Positions 17,758 through 28,535 of a stretch of DNA of 64,000 bases are shown one piece after another. Source of the DNA: a virus (taxonomy: Duplodnaviria; Caudoviricetes); the IMG/VR virus record IMGVR_UViG_3300033121_001895, positions 38,912 to 102,911 of that record. One strand, 5' to 3'. Position numbers and translations under genes: made by a program. Positions within the stretch are counted from its first letter, which is position 1. Each line of letters starts with the position of its first letter. Below the pieces are notes generated by a model, which worked only from the letters and a program-made list of their open reading frames with translations, had not been told where the DNA came from and did no database searches.

Positions 17758-19989
17758 TTAGGTCAGTAGCCAGTGAACGTTTGAAACTCCCACCACACCG
17801 GTATAAAGCCCAGATGTGGGGTCGTTACGCAGTCTGGTAAGACGGAAGTTTACCGTTGCCTTAGGGCTAAGCGCCGAGATCGGGATACGAAACGAGGTCT
17901 GAGGTGTCTCGAACATCGTGTATTGCGAATAAGCACTACCAGTAATCGGCAAGTCGAAGTTTACTGCTGGAATCGTAGTAATGTCGGAGGTCAGTGACTT
18001 GTTAAGATGAGCAACGGAGTACTCGAACTTAAACCTCACAGTCTTTGAATTCGATGCTGCTCCCGTTTTACCGAAGAGCATCATCATCAAGCTAAGATAG
18101 TTGCTTGTCCCGGCGACCAGCTGGTCCGGTAAGATGAACTTACCAGCAAACCCTGTGGCGGTCGTAGAATAGTCCAACGCTAGGAATGAATTCAATCCAT
18201 AGTATTCAAAGCGCGATTGCTCGGGCTCGAGTTCTGTGATGGAATTAGCGTATGCGTTGGCGAATGTTACGGTACAAGTACCATTTACATCAGTCTCGAT
18301 CTTCAGTCCACCACCGTTACGTATTTCTGAGATAACTGGACCCAGTGCGAGCTCCACCCGCTCCAGGGCAGGATTGTAGAACAGGCCTTTTACTGCCTGC
18401 CCTGTATTCAAACTTGTTGCTTGTCCGTCCCAACCATTAAGCACAGGCAGTTCGAGCTTAAGCTTCAGATCTCCAGTGATACCTGGTTTATCGGTGGTCA
18501 GGGATTTGACCTTGATCGCTGGTGTAGTGACGGCGGGGTCAGCCTGCAAAGATGTCACCATACTTTGGCGTACATCAGGGTTCAGTTTTGTAAACTGCAG
18601 GTGCATTCGGGGGCGACTCGCTGGGCTACCTTTTGCAATACGCCAGAAGGCAGGCTTCCATTTCAGATGCCACGGGGCTGTGCCGGCGGTCGCCAATGTC
18701 AGTGTGACTGAAGGTGCGGCAGCAGTTGCAATCGTGAAATAGTCACCGGAGATCGACTTGATGATATAATCGGTGGTGTCGTTCAACGGGGAAGGGAGTG
18801 CTCCGGCTGAACCACCAGGAGTTGCCCCGGCGAAGAAGCGAATGACCTCATTTACACGGAAACCCGGGATAGACGCCAGCCCTGTGATTGCTTGACCTTC
18901 CGAGTTCTTCAAATAAATGTGCTGTCCACTGGTTAGGTCTGTGTCGATGGACAAAGATTTTGCCAAGTCGCCGGCCCACGGTTGGTCGAACTCTCCGGTA
19001 TCGAAGGCTGTGTCATAATCATCACGGAACCACCACAGGCCCAGTTCATTCAAGGCGTATGACCCTTTATCTTCGGCAGCCACACGAGGGGAGTGAAGAA
19101 CACCGTTTACGCTTAGGAAAGAAAAAGCATTTGCACGTGCAGGGAATGCCGCACGTAGCCCAATAGCGGCAGCCTTCTCCGCGTCCGTAAGTTCTTCGTT
19201 ATCAACGCTTTCGATCGTCGCTTGGTCTGGCAACTGATAGTAGTACGTAGGAGAGCCATCAGGGAAGATGGCGGCTAGCTCGTTGGTCGTCAGCTTGTCC
19301 GTGGCCTTTACCCAGCCTACTTTGGTGGGTTGAGCCGCACCAAGCGTCCATAGTCCAGTATTGGTGCTGAAAGAAACCTCTGCTGCGGGGCGGTCAAGCA
19401 CAGCATATCGGAAAGACCAAAACAACTCAGACAGACTCTCTTGATTCGGGTTAATGTAAATCTCGCGACGACTCTTGGCGTAGGCCACAAAGATAGACAA
19501 CCCATTTGGGATAGGGGTCAACTTACCGGCCACGGTGCCTGATAGATACAGCGGCCCCGAGATAAACGAGGCATCCGCCTCATCCAGCAAGGCACCTACG
19601 ATATCATCGTTTGCTGAGACCAGCAGCCCCTGCAAGCAAACGTTGGCGGTGCTATTGGACACTGCATCTGACACAATTCCAAAGACATGCGCAGAATCGG
19701 CTCCACGGAAGAAAGGGAAATCCTGCAAGTTCGCCAACTTCGGCACTGCTCGCTTTAGCCCAATTGAGTTGACAGTCGTACCATCGAAATAGACGACGGA
19801 GTACTTGTCGACCGACACATCCGCCACAGGCTGAGCCATGGCCATGATACGAGAATTGTTCAACGAGGTCTCGAGGCGCTCGTAAAGATATTGTGTACGG
19901 TCGGTCAATGCCGAGATCGGGGCGTTAACCACCGTGGCGCTGACGTCTTGCCCGTCCTTGAGTTGTTTGACAACAGGAGTCCAGTTCAT
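17758..19989 (-). CDS. tail fibre / baseplate-attached structural protein
   Basis: N-terminal DGQDVSATVVNAPISALTDRTQYL resembles myovirus fibre anchor segments; position after baseplate genes. Confidence 0.65.
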   Translation of the reverse strand: MNWTPVVKQLKDGQDVSATVVNAPISALTDRTQYLYERLETSLNNSRIMAMAQPVADVSVDKYSVVYFDGTTVNSIGLKRAVPKLANLQDFPFFRGADSAHVFGIVSDAVSNSTANVCLQGLLVSANDDIVGALLDEADASFISGPLYLSGTVAGKLTPIPNGLSIFVAYAKSRREIYINPNQESLSELFWSFRYAVLDRPAAEVSFSTNTGLWTLGAAQPTKVGWVKATDKLTTNELAAIFPDGSPTYYYQLPDQATIESVDNEELTDAEKAAAIGLRAAFPARANAFSFLSVNGVLHSPRVAAEDKGSYALNELGLWWFRDDYDTAFDTGEFDQPWAGDLAKSLSIDTDLTSGQHIYLKNSEGQAITGLASIPGFRVNEVIRFFAGATPGGSAGALPSPLNDTTDYIIKSISGDYFTIATAAAPSVTLTLATAGTAPWHLKWKPAFWRIAKGSPASRPRMHLQFTKLNPDVRQSMVTSLQADPAVTTPAIKVKSLTTDKPGITGDLKLKLELPVLNGWDGQATSLNTGQAVKGLFYNPALERVELALGPVISEIRNGGGLKIETDVNGTCTVTFANAYANSITELEPEQSRFEYYGLNSFLALDYSTTATGFAGKFILPDQLVAGTSNYLSLMMMLFGKTGAASNSKTVRFKFEYSVAHLNKSLTSDITTIPAVNFDLPITGSAYSQYTMFETPQTSFRIPISALSPKATVNFRLTRLRNDPTSGLYTGVVGVSNVHWLLT

Positions 19990-19992
19990 AGA

Positions 19993-20580
19993 TTAGATGC
20001 TCAGTTTGAGGCCCCAAGAGACAGTCAGATTAAAGGCCTGATCGTAGGCCAACCGCTCGAAAGCTACACGAGCCACCACCCGATCACCTGCAATGTTGCT
20101 CGGACTGCCAAGCGGGTCTGTCTGACAAACAAGCGCCGCTTCGAAGAAATCGCTACCGCTACCGCCACCACTATTTAAGGCCGGAGAGCCAGAGACTACG
20201 TAGCTGTTTGGCTGGTGCACCAATACGTTGAACGTGAGGCGCTGGAAGCTCCCATCACCTGCTGGTACAATCGATGCTGGAAAAACGATCGGAATACGCA
20301 ACAGTCCGGTCACTGAATCCCTTGGGAAGCTGACGTTGCTTTCAGAGATTGTGTAACCGTTGGCTGGATACGCATTATTATTGTTGTACGCCAGATACAA
20401 ATGGGAAACAGCCGAGTTCGGCAAGCCGGCTAACCCGCGCGCAACGACTTCCGTGGATGGCCGCATGATCATGTTCCGTTTGTCGACCATTACCCAGCTC
20501 TCACCAGTCAACAGAGAAAACTTGGTTATACGCAGGTGCCCTTCAGCTAGCCAGTTCGAGCGAAATAGATCTTCAGTCAT
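19993..20580 (-). CDS. baseplate/tail-collar-like protein (start revised to MTEDLF)
   Basis: RNMIM, FFEAALV and LTVSW C-terminal pattern; ATG 7 nt after a -10 box. Confidence 0.6.
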   Translation of the reverse strand: MTEDLFRSNWLAEGHLRITKFSLLTGESWVMVDKRNMIMRPSTEVVARGLAGLPNSAVSHLYLAYNNNNAYPANGYTISESNVSFPRDSVTGLLRIPIVFPASIVPAGDGSFQRLTFNVLVHQPNSYVVSGSPALNSGGGSGSDFFEAALVCQTDPLGSPSNIAGDRVVARVAFERLAYDQAFNLTVSWGLKLSI

Positions 20581-20587
20581 AGGCTTC

Positions 20588-20616
20588 ATAATATCTCAAG
20601 AAAAGGGTCTACGCAA
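20588..20616 (-). promoter_or_regulatory. sigma70-like promoter, probably leaderless
   Basis: TTGCGT-N17-TATTAT-N7-ATG. Confidence 0.6.
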
Positions 20617-20618
20617 CT

Positions 20619-22790
20619 CTACAGGCGCCAAAAGATCAACCCACCAGTATTTCGCATCGAGGGCTTGTCGTGAGCCACCCAAAGGTCAATTGTGCGGGAA
20701 GAGCCGCTGAACTGCGAGTCGACCGTCAACACGTCATCCTGATCAATACTCGTTATTGTGTGATACTCCTCGGTGTCTCCTTTCGAATAGATCATGTCTC
20801 CGACCGAGAGCTCCGAAAGAAACTTCGTACCATTTCCATTCACTGTGGTTGACCCACTGGCAATATCGATCGTCCCTGTCATTGGATAAGCCAGAGGGAT
20901 ATTGTTGGCGTCCTGCCCGTCCGAATAGGATGTGCTAAAGACGATCAAGTCTTGCAAGATGTCTGCGGCACCGGAAGGTCCTTTTGTGTTCTGGTAATAC
21001 AGTCCGTATCCGTTAAGGTAGGTAGTGTACAAATCCAGACTCTGGGCGATCACAAACGGGCGTACAGCCTCTGTCATGACAGTCGGATCTCCAAAATCCA
21101 CCGTCCATGGCGCAAGATTGTAAGGAGGGACCTGCACCCAACCTGTGAAGTCCGATCCGTCGCTACACAATGTGGAAGCATCTGTCGCGTTGGTTAAAAA
21201 AGTAGCCTCGTCTTCCTGCAAAGCGAAGTCGAAGAAAAACAGCAAATACAGGTACTTTGGCAAGCAGTCTTTGATGGTGCGGAAAAACTGCATGAACTTC
21301 GCGGCTTGAGCTATGGTCTTGAACTTCAATCGAATCATAGCAGTGTTGGTCTGCATGAAGTATTTGAAGATGAAGTCCATTGGGTTGATTCGCCCACTAT
21401 TCTCCGCGGCACAAGCCGTCAATAAGGCAGCGACTTCCGCGTAATGCGCCGGGTCGCTAAGATGCGCGTTAAACTTGGCGCGGTCTGCTGCAACAACTTC
21501 TGACGGAAACGGGAATACAACAGCGCCACCTCCTGGCAGTACATCCGCCAGTAAGGCCCCTGCGCCACCAACCAAGTTCTCAAATACCAAGATACCTGAA
21601 TACGAACCAAGAAACAGATATGGAGGCAAGGAAATGCGTGTCAGCTGGTCCTTCCACCAAGCTGGGGTCACTAGGTTGTCAAAATACTGAACCGCATCAA
21701 ATAACGTCGTCCCGGCGTAGAGCTTTGCACCGACTTTCACCTTGGAGGTGTTATCGTCGTACACTGAAGAAGAAAACGTGTAGAAGCTATCGGCCGTGTA
21801 AACTCGTTTGTCAGTAATGACATAGCAGGTGTCATCGACTACATACGCATCAACAAGCGTTTCAACTGGTGACTCCACCACCTGCACGCCTACAAAAGCG
21901 CCTGCAATCGCCGTAAGTGCTTCCACCGTAGGACCTTCCACAAACAGGTTGACTGTTTTTTCCAGGATCCTTTTATAGGTCCGTGGATCAGGCTCTTTGA
22001 ATTGGAAGATGTAACCGAAAGAGTTGTGCAGAGTATCAGTGTCGTACGAGGCGTGGTAGGCCCATAGGACCAGCTCTTCTTCTTCCAGCACGGTACCGTC
22101 GGCCTGCCCAAGATGTGTGTCGAACTCTGCAGTATCCGTGGGCACATACGAGTACAAGTCACTTTTCCAGGTGTAAGTGAGCTGTACTCCGTTGTCGTCG
22201 AACAACGGGTACCTCATCGTATCGGGCAAATCAAACGGATTACGGTTGAAATAAAGCTTTCCATCCTCCAGCCAGTAGTCGGCGCCATTAACCAATGTCT
22301 GGGAGGGCGCCACGATACGGTTTGCCAGTAATGGAATGAGACGTAGTTCCTTGGGGATCTCTACGAAGTAGCGCTCTTCTGCCGGACGCTTGGCTTTACC
22401 AAACTGAAATGTCTCGCCATAGTGATAGATGTTATTCCGCTCAGCCGCACTGCCCGGAAGAGGCTGAGGACCAAATACAGCGTGATCAGGATCCTCGGCC
22501 GGCAGGAAACGCAACGGTACTCGGCGCAATTGTGACTTCTTGATCTTGATGGGAGACCAACGCTCGCGATGCAGTTCAGGGACATCTTTTACTGACAGCG
22601 AAGCAATGGCGTCAACGAACTCGTAGTAACGTTGGATTAGCTCCTCGGACTGACCAATCGTCAACCCCTTGATAGCTTCTCTATCCGCAAAGATGCGAGT
22701 CCAAAAGGTGCCCAGCGAGGAGAACAGTACACCGCTGCTAGTGTACCCTGTCGCAGGGAATGTGGTGGTTCCTAGTCCTGGAATGTTCAT
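20619..22790 (-). CDS. baseplate wedge protein
   Basis: follows the baseplate J-like gene; FGYIF..YKRIL..LFVEGPT..AL segment is like gpI/gp7 wedge proteins. Confidence 0.6.
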   Translation of the reverse strand: MNIPGLGTTTFPATGYTSSGVLFSSLGTFWTRIFADREAIKGLTIGQSEELIQRYYEFVDAIASLSVKDVPELHRERWSPIKIKKSQLRRVPLRFLPAEDPDHAVFGPQPLPGSAAERNNIYHYGETFQFGKAKRPAEERYFVEIPKELRLIPLLANRIVAPSQTLVNGADYWLEDGKLYFNRNPFDLPDTMRYPLFDDNGVQLTYTWKSDLYSYVPTDTAEFDTHLGQADGTVLEEEELVLWAYHASYDTDTLHNSFGYIFQFKEPDPRTYKRILEKTVNLFVEGPTVEALTAIAGAFVGVQVVESPVETLVDAYVVDDTCYVITDKRVYTADSFYTFSSSVYDDNTSKVKVGAKLYAGTTLFDAVQYFDNLVTPAWWKDQLTRISLPPYLFLGSYSGILVFENLVGGAGALLADVLPGGGAVVFPFPSEVVAADRAKFNAHLSDPAHYAEVAALLTACAAENSGRINPMDFIFKYFMQTNTAMIRLKFKTIAQAAKFMQFFRTIKDCLPKYLYLLFFFDFALQEDEATFLTNATDASTLCSDGSDFTGWVQVPPYNLAPWTVDFGDPTVMTEAVRPFVIAQSLDLYTTYLNGYGLYYQNTKGPSGAADILQDLIVFSTSYSDGQDANNIPLAYPMTGTIDIASGSTTVNGNGTKFLSELSVGDMIYSKGDTEEYHTITSIDQDDVLTVDSQFSGSSRTIDLWVAHDKPSMRNTGGLIFWRL

Positions 22791-22791
22791 T

Positions 22792-24510
22792 TTAGTTCAT
22801 TGAGATGTTAATGGTGTCTGCACCATTCACATCGTTATAGTCGATGAAGAACATCGTCGTCTTGGCCGACATCCCATACGATAAAAATAACGGATCATAC
22901 GGGATCGACATCGTATCATTCGTTAGAGTTGGTACAAACTTAACCGTCGAAGAAGCTGAAGGAAGCAGGATGGTACCGTTCAACGTCACCGGCAGGTCCA
23001 CTCGACGAACATTGTAGTTATGGCAAATATCCACAATCCTGGATACAGCGACTTCCTCGCCGAACGGCAGGGCATTGACGTAGTCACAAATAGCCTGCCG
23101 GATAGATTGCTTGGTTACTTCATCAGAAACGGCTTGTCCGGCCTTATCCAGGAGAAGCTGTGTCGATAGCGTGCACGGAATCACGGCTTTCACCAAATAG
23201 TCAGCAGCCAGGATACGGTTGGCACTCTGTAGGAAAAAGTCCTGGATTTCACCGATACTTGGCATGTAACTAACGGTTACTTGCACTTCGGTCGTGGTCG
23301 TACCAGCCACAGGGCTGCCCGCTACGGCGTCTGTCAATGTGGTGGACAAGGTGCAGACTTGGTATTTCGAAAACCGTGCAACATCGGCTGAGGTCACAGC
23401 GTTCCCTCCAGCCAGCTGATTTGCCGCCGTTGCATCTGCACTGAACGCAATGCTGTCCACGGCAGTCGTCTGGGTCACGCCATTGACGTCGACAAAATGA
23501 AGCGAAACCACGTCATAAAACCACGTCGGGAACCCCGGCACCGAACTGTCCAGCACTACGACCCAGGTGTTACTTGGGCTTCCACCCGGAGGCGTATAAG
23601 ACTGAAATCTGGCGGTCGCAGTAAACGTATCCACCTTGATCGAACGCGCTGTACGGATGTACACGTCGGCCAGCCCGAAAGAGGGTATGCCAAATGCCAG
23701 GCTTCGTCCTCGGTTCAATTCAGGATCGTTGGCTCCAACAACTGACAGTACGGCCTTACGGTCTGACCCCTGAGTAAAGAGGGTGGGAAAGACCTCCGGC
23801 AGCAAAGCCTGCATGGATTGCGGGGAGAGAAGTCCTTTAGTTGACAACCCTCCCTGAAAACGGGCGATTAGCTGGCGGTCGGTTTCCACCGGACGGCCGC
23901 TAGAAAAGTTGCCAAAGGCCCTCGCAGCAATGAAGCCCTCCAGTGAGGTGTTGGCAGCGTTCAAAATCAAGGCGCTGTTATGCGGTGCTGATATATTACT
24001 CTTCGAGTCGGCACTCTTGACGGGGAGCAGAAAATAGTAACCAGTCGCCTCCTTGTAAAGACGTAGCACACCCGAAGATGCACTGTCACTCGTGGCAGTT
24101 GGGTCAGCTCGATAGCTCCGGGTAACACCGTAAACAGCTCCGCTACTTGGATGTACTAGTTGGAAGTTGTTGCCTACGTAATAAACCCTTGAGGTAGTCA
24201 CTTGAATCTTGACGCGACCTTCCACCGTAACCCCCAGGTCACGTGTAACATTGAAGTTGGATGCGATGGCGTCCACAGCCTCGCTATACGTATCAGTGGT
24301 CGCGTTCAGGGCGGCCTGAATCGAGGTTACACTGGCTGCAGCTTCCGCGTCCGCCTTCAACTGGTTGTGGAGTTGAGTCGAGAGCTTAATCAGCAACTCA
24401 CTCAACACCGAGCCTGGCGAAAGGTCGACTGAGAGATTTATGCTCGGCTGTGCGCAGTACTCCCTGATAAAAGCTTCCAACCGGGCCTGGGTATTGGCGA
24501 TTGTTTCCAT
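22792..24510 (-). CDS. baseplate J-like wedge protein
   Basis: DLSPGSVLSELLI, IASNFNVTR, GRPVETDRQLIAR, GLADVYI. Confidence 0.82.
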   Translation of the reverse strand: METIANTQARLEAFIREYCAQPSINLSVDLSPGSVLSELLIKLSTQLHNQLKADAEAAASVTSIQAALNATTDTYSEAVDAIASNFNVTRDLGVTVEGRVKIQVTTSRVYYVGNNFQLVHPSSGAVYGVTRSYRADPTATSDSASSGVLRLYKEATGYYFLLPVKSADSKSNISAPHNSALILNAANTSLEGFIAARAFGNFSSGRPVETDRQLIARFQGGLSTKGLLSPQSMQALLPEVFPTLFTQGSDRKAVLSVVGANDPELNRGRSLAFGIPSFGLADVYIRTARSIKVDTFTATARFQSYTPPGGSPSNTWVVVLDSSVPGFPTWFYDVVSLHFVDVNGVTQTTAVDSIAFSADATAANQLAGGNAVTSADVARFSKYQVCTLSTTLTDAVAGSPVAGTTTTEVQVTVSYMPSIGEIQDFFLQSANRILAADYLVKAVIPCTLSTQLLLDKAGQAVSDEVTKQSIRQAICDYVNALPFGEEVAVSRIVDICHNYNVRRVDLPVTLNGTILLPSASSTVKFVPTLTNDTMSIPYDPLFLSYGMSAKTTMFFIDYNDVNGADTINISMN

Positions 24511-24513
24511 AGG

Positions 24514-24999
24514 TTATTTCGAAATAGGGATGGGGAGTAGAAAATCGTAAGTGTTTCCTGCTCGGGTGTACAAGGCGACGCGGTACGTGACTTCGTAATT
24601 AGCCGTCACAGACACGTCCGTCAACAACGCTGTATCAAGCTGCTCATCATCCGGGCGGCCAGGAGAAGCCTCCTGCTCGGCTCGGAAAGCCGCCACGACG
24701 CTCGCGCTAGCGAAGTTAAAGGCGTGTGTCAGGTCAGCAATTGTTGTAAGACTGCTCACCGAGATTTTCTTGAACAAGTCTGTTCCAAAGTTTGGATAAG
24801 CTGGCTGGCTCCCCTTCACAGTCACCAAAGCAATCATGAAGCGTTGGATCAACTTCTGAACGCCCGCGCAATACGAAGAAACCGCTCCGAACGAAGGAGA
24901 GACCTTCTGAGGCGTAGTCATCCGCGGATCGATGCTCGGAGCAATGTTGATGTCCTTGCTGCGTCCGGAATAATCGGTGGTGATGTTCCTGATTGGCAT
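24514..24999 (-). CDS. gp25/GPW-like baseplate sheath initiator
   Basis: GVQKLIQRF...LVT.KGSQPAYPNFGT; directly upstream of the J-like gene. Confidence 0.72.
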   Translation of the reverse strand: MPIRNITTDYSGRSKDINIAPSIDPRMTTPQKVSPSFGAVSSYCAGVQKLIQRFMIALVTVKGSQPAYPNFGTDLFKKISVSSLTTIADLTHAFNFASASVVAAFRAEQEASPGRPDDEQLDTALLTDVSVTANYEVTYRVALYTRAGNTYDFLLPIPISK

Positions 25000-25002
25000 A
25001 TA

Positions 25003-25395
25003 TTAAACGTTGTCAGCATCCGCCTTTGCCTGCATGGTGCTCAACTTGGCGAAAGCCTTTGTCACCGCCCGACGATTGTGAAACGCCTTTTGCGAAGCAT
25101 CGTCACGGTAGTGTTGTAGTCTGGTTTTGTGCCTGGCGACAAAAGCTTTATGCGCCCCATAGACCAGGTGTGCTTCGATCTGTAGGAAAGAATGAGGCTT
25201 CTTTTTAAGAGGGTCCGTCTGGGCAAAGCGAAGCTTGTACTCTTCGCCTATTTCCTGTCGGTCGAACAACTTCGCTAGATTAGCCTGTGTGATCGGCAGG
25301 TCTAGTCCGAACAAGCACCAAGGACGGTCGACGCGTCTGGTGCCGGCCTCCATCGTCCAATCCTGAATCGCTGTAATAACATTCTCGCCTCTCAT
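25003..25395 (-). CDS. hypothetical protein (start revised by TGATG overlap)
   Basis: ATG overlaps the sigma-factor stop codon. Confidence 0.6.
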   Translation of the reverse strand: MRGENVITAIQDWTMEAGTRRVDRPWCLFGLDLPITQANLAKLFDRQEIGEEYKLRFAQTDPLKKKPHSFLQIEAHLVYGAHKAFVARHKTRLQHYRDDASQKAFHNRRAVTKAFAKLSTMQAKADADNV

Positions 25396-26036
25396 CAGCC
25401 CTTCCATCCTTCCTCAATGCGCGCAGTGATTATTTTGACGCGGTTGGAAATCGTTGAAGGTGACGTGTTGAGCATCGCTGCTAGCTCATCGTTCGACAAG
25501 ATCGGTTTTCCGCCAAACCCGATCTTGTGCTCCATGATCACCTTATCCCGCTGCGGCAGATCAAAATAAACGAAATGCACCCAGTCGTCATTATTACCTT
25601 CAATGAACACGGGGGAGAAGGCCAGGTTGGACACGTTGACTTCTCTTTTGCGTGCCTGCTTTAGCCCGGAAATTTCTCCTACACTCATCCCGGTCGCCTG
25701 CGACACTTCTGCCAAAGAAGGGGAACGCCCAAGTTCGTTACGGAGCTCTTCTTCGGCTTGGTTCAGCCTGTGAATCTTGAACTGCTTGTTTTCCGGGACT
25801 CGTAAAATGCCTCCATACTTGGTGGAAGTACGGCTAAGTTTCTTCAATGAGTTTACGAGATGCGTACTAAACTTATTACCGGAAGCTGGGTCGAAAGACT
25901 CTGCGGCCTCACGCGCCAGTTTATACGCTTCTGCCAACACCACATGCACTGGCACGAATTTGGCATAGCGTGCGGCTTCGGACTCGATAAGCCTTTTATG
26001 CTCAGTAAGTAACTGGTCGACCTTCGGATTTTTCAT
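25395..26036 (-). CDS. phage sigma70-family sigma factor
   Basis: region 2 AAESFDPASGNKFSTHL, region 3 ELGRSPSLAEVSQATGM, region 4 LPQRDKVIM..GFGG..LSNDELAAML..S.STIS. Confidence 0.88.
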   Translation of the reverse strand: MKNPKVDQLLTEHKRLIESEAARYAKFVPVHVVLAEAYKLAREAAESFDPASGNKFSTHLVNSLKKLSRTSTKYGGILRVPENKQFKIHRLNQAEEELRNELGRSPSLAEVSQATGMSVGEISGLKQARKREVNVSNLAFSPVFIEGNNDDWVHFVYFDLPQRDKVIMEHKIGFGGKPILSNDELAAMLNTSPSTISNRVKIITARIEEGWKG

Positions 26037-27694
26037 TGAATGTCCTTCACAAATGCTGCTGCTACTTTAGCAGACTTTGTGGCATCAAAGCCATCAAACA
26101 AATCCAGCTTCGGAAGACCTGTGGACAAGGGAGCCGATTGGTACATTCCCATACGCCCACAGTTGAATCCAATATTGGTGGTCGCGGACCCATGGTCGGG
26201 AACACCAAGACGAATCTCATGGGAAACCTCGGTCACGAAATAATCGATGTACACGCCAGGAGCGCGTAAGTAAATCGTACCAATTGCTCCGGGTGAACAG
26301 TTCGGGTTAAACAGCATACCGATCCCGCCCATGCGGTCTGTGTATTTGAGCTGACAATAACGCAGTTGCGCCCATTGGTCTGCGAACTTGTACATGGCGT
26401 CCAAGTTCTTCTGCTCAGTCGCATTAACTTCTTTCGCGGAATCACTTGCCTCTTTTTGCTCTTGCTCTGCTGTTTTCGTAACTGCAGCATGCTGGTCTTT
26501 TTCGGTCGAAGCGCTAGCGGGTGTAGCGGGCTCCGAATTGGATCTCTTTGCATCGTCCACTCCACGAGAGACCTCCGAGAGACCTGCGGCTTTGAGTGCT
26601 GCGTTGTTGAACGAGATGACATAAGGCATCACTTCACCCGTAATGCCACCGGTACCTCCCGTCTTCTCGTCGCGATAAAACCCGTCGACCGCAAGGATAT
26701 TACGGTCATCCGACATGATATACACGCCACCGATGTCTCGGTATCCGTTGTCACTGAACGACACGCTATTGTATTGAGCTGGATATAAGATGTTAGGAAC
26801 CTTCGAGATCTCTCTAACGCCGATCTCTGCCAGGTGGGTTTGTTGAAGAAACCCGGAATTCGGCACAATGAACGCCTTGGTGCCGGCGATCACCAACCCG
26901 CAACCCACGGTCTCAAGCAACGACAACAGGATATCGTACAGGTTCGAACGGGTCTCACAAATACTTTCCAGCACAAAATTAAGAGCGTGGAAGTCAGCCA
27001 ACGTAAGATTAGTCGGTACAAACGAGGTGTCAATGGAATTCAGCAGTGTCTCTGCAACCTTGAGATGTTTCTCCCGAATACCTTCCGCTGCCTTAACGGC
27101 GGCCTCGGCCGACCGTCCGTCTCGCGCCTGAGTCAACTGCCACTGTAGCTGTGACTTTACAATAGCTTTCAAAATGGCAATGATACCTTCGAACAAAGGC
27201 TTGTCCAAATCCACCTGAACTTGCTCACCGATGGCATAGCGAATCATCAGCATGGTGGAATCGTTCATTTCCACCTGCAAGGCCTCTACACGTCTGGTGA
27301 AATCTACACCAGCCGGGTGGTAACCTAACAACTTTGGATTGATCTCAGCCAGCAGTTGAAATGGGTGCTTAAGCACCAACTGCATGCGCATATCTCCGAT
27401 TGACTGCGACAGGGAAAGTCCGTCTACCAACCCGCGGAAGGTAATACATCCATGTCGGGAAGTTACCGAGACTTTTACCGGTGTACGACGCCATCGCTCG
27501 ATATCGCAAGCTAAGTCCAAATCCTGTGGAGTCAGATCCAATACTGCTGTGGGGATGGTGTTCAGCCCGTAACGGATAACAATGCCGGTCGGAAGAAGAT
27601 TCTCGATGTCATTGCCGGAGGCTGCAAAGACCTGCATCTCAGGGCTGCGGTCGCTGACAACCTGCACTTGAACATCGTTTTGTATCATCGACAT
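26033..27694 (-). CDS. baseplate hub protein (gp27/GpD-like)
   Basis: YGLNTIPTAVL, IFRG-like ITFRGLV, FNP...PG and YFVTEVSHEI; position downstream of the tape measure. Confidence 0.6.
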   Translation of the reverse strand: MSMIQNDVQVQVVSDRSPEMQVFAASGNDIENLLPTGIVIRYGLNTIPTAVLDLTPQDLDLACDIERWRRTPVKVSVTSRHGCITFRGLVDGLSLSQSIGDMRMQLVLKHPFQLLAEINPKLLGYHPAGVDFTRRVEALQVEMNDSTMLMIRYAIGEQVQVDLDKPLFEGIIAILKAIVKSQLQWQLTQARDGRSAEAAVKAAEGIREKHLKVAETLLNSIDTSFVPTNLTLADFHALNFVLESICETRSNLYDILLSLLETVGCGLVIAGTKAFIVPNSGFLQQTHLAEIGVREISKVPNILYPAQYNSVSFSDNGYRDIGGVYIMSDDRNILAVDGFYRDEKTGGTGGITGEVMPYVISFNNAALKAAGLSEVSRGVDDAKRSNSEPATPASASTEKDQHAAVTKTAEQEQKEASDSAKEVNATEQKNLDAMYKFADQWAQLRYCQLKYTDRMGGIGMLFNPNCSPGAIGTIYLRAPGVYIDYFVTEVSHEIRLGVPDHGSATTNIGFNCGRMGMYQSAPLSTGLPKLDLFDGFDATKSAKVAAAFVKDIQ

Positions 27695-27696
27695 AG

Positions 27697-28533
27697 TTAT
27701 CCTTTAAGCGCGTTCATCCGGTAGATCAATCCGATAAACAACCCCGCTAGTCGGAAATTGTCATTGAAGTGAGTGGCCCATAGCTTGTCGTATGACTGAG
27801 CATTCGGTACAGAAGAGTACTTTGATAACACGCTGTTTATCGCACCGAGCTTTGACTTACAGACCGCCAGCTGTCGGGAGATCAAGTCCAAGGCTGGAAT
27901 GGTAAACGTCACCGTCCATTTCTTACCTGACGTTGCCGTAAATGCAGGCGAGGTCGGATGCTTGATATTAAAGTCAAAGAGCTTGTTAGCGGCGTTATCC
28001 GGGTTGGGGACCGTGATCACATTGGAAAGACCACCTGAAAACGACAAGGTACTCTGCGAGCCTATTTGAGACGCATTCTCGTACACCCTGATGTTGTTCG
28101 TGTTTGTTTGCTGCTCGATGCTCACAGACCGCACAATACGTGAGTCAAGCCACGCAGGCAAATACTCATAATTAAACACACGTAATGCAATCGCCGGATC
28201 CTGTGCTTCTGTAGTTGTTGGGACGCCCACCGAGATGGCTCTTGGAGTAATAAAGGTCTTGGATCCTTGCAGGTCGTAGGTCACCCGAGGGTCAAGGGCC
28301 GTGATGGCTTCTTCCAACCCACAACCAGCTATCAAGGCCATATAGGCATGAGTGAGTTGTAACTTGGCTACGAAATTTGAAGATGGGTAAAAGATGCCAT
28401 ACACTTCCGCCAAATCCAAAGGTAGCACTATCGGGGAATACTCAGGCGCGATATGTGTGTTGTACGCCGTATATGGCATAGACAACGTCGATGGCGACGT
28501 ATTCAACGCTATGGAACGAAACTGGTTGAGCAT
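27697..28533 (-). CDS. tail/baseplate structural protein of unknown family
   Basis: 278-aa ORF within the tail operon. Confidence 0.6.
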   Translation of the reverse strand: MLNQFRSIALNTSPSTLSMPYTAYNTHIAPEYSPIVLPLDLAEVYGIFYPSSNFVAKLQLTHAYMALIAGCGLEEAITALDPRVTYDLQGSKTFITPRAISVGVPTTTEAQDPAIALRVFNYEYLPAWLDSRIVRSVSIEQQTNTNNIRVYENASQIGSQSTLSFSGGLSNVITVPNPDNAANKLFDFNIKHPTSPAFTATSGKKWTVTFTIPALDLISRQLAVCKSKLGAINSVLSKYSSVPNAQSYDKLWATHFNDNFRLAGLFIGLIYRMNALKG

Positions 28534-28535
28534 AA

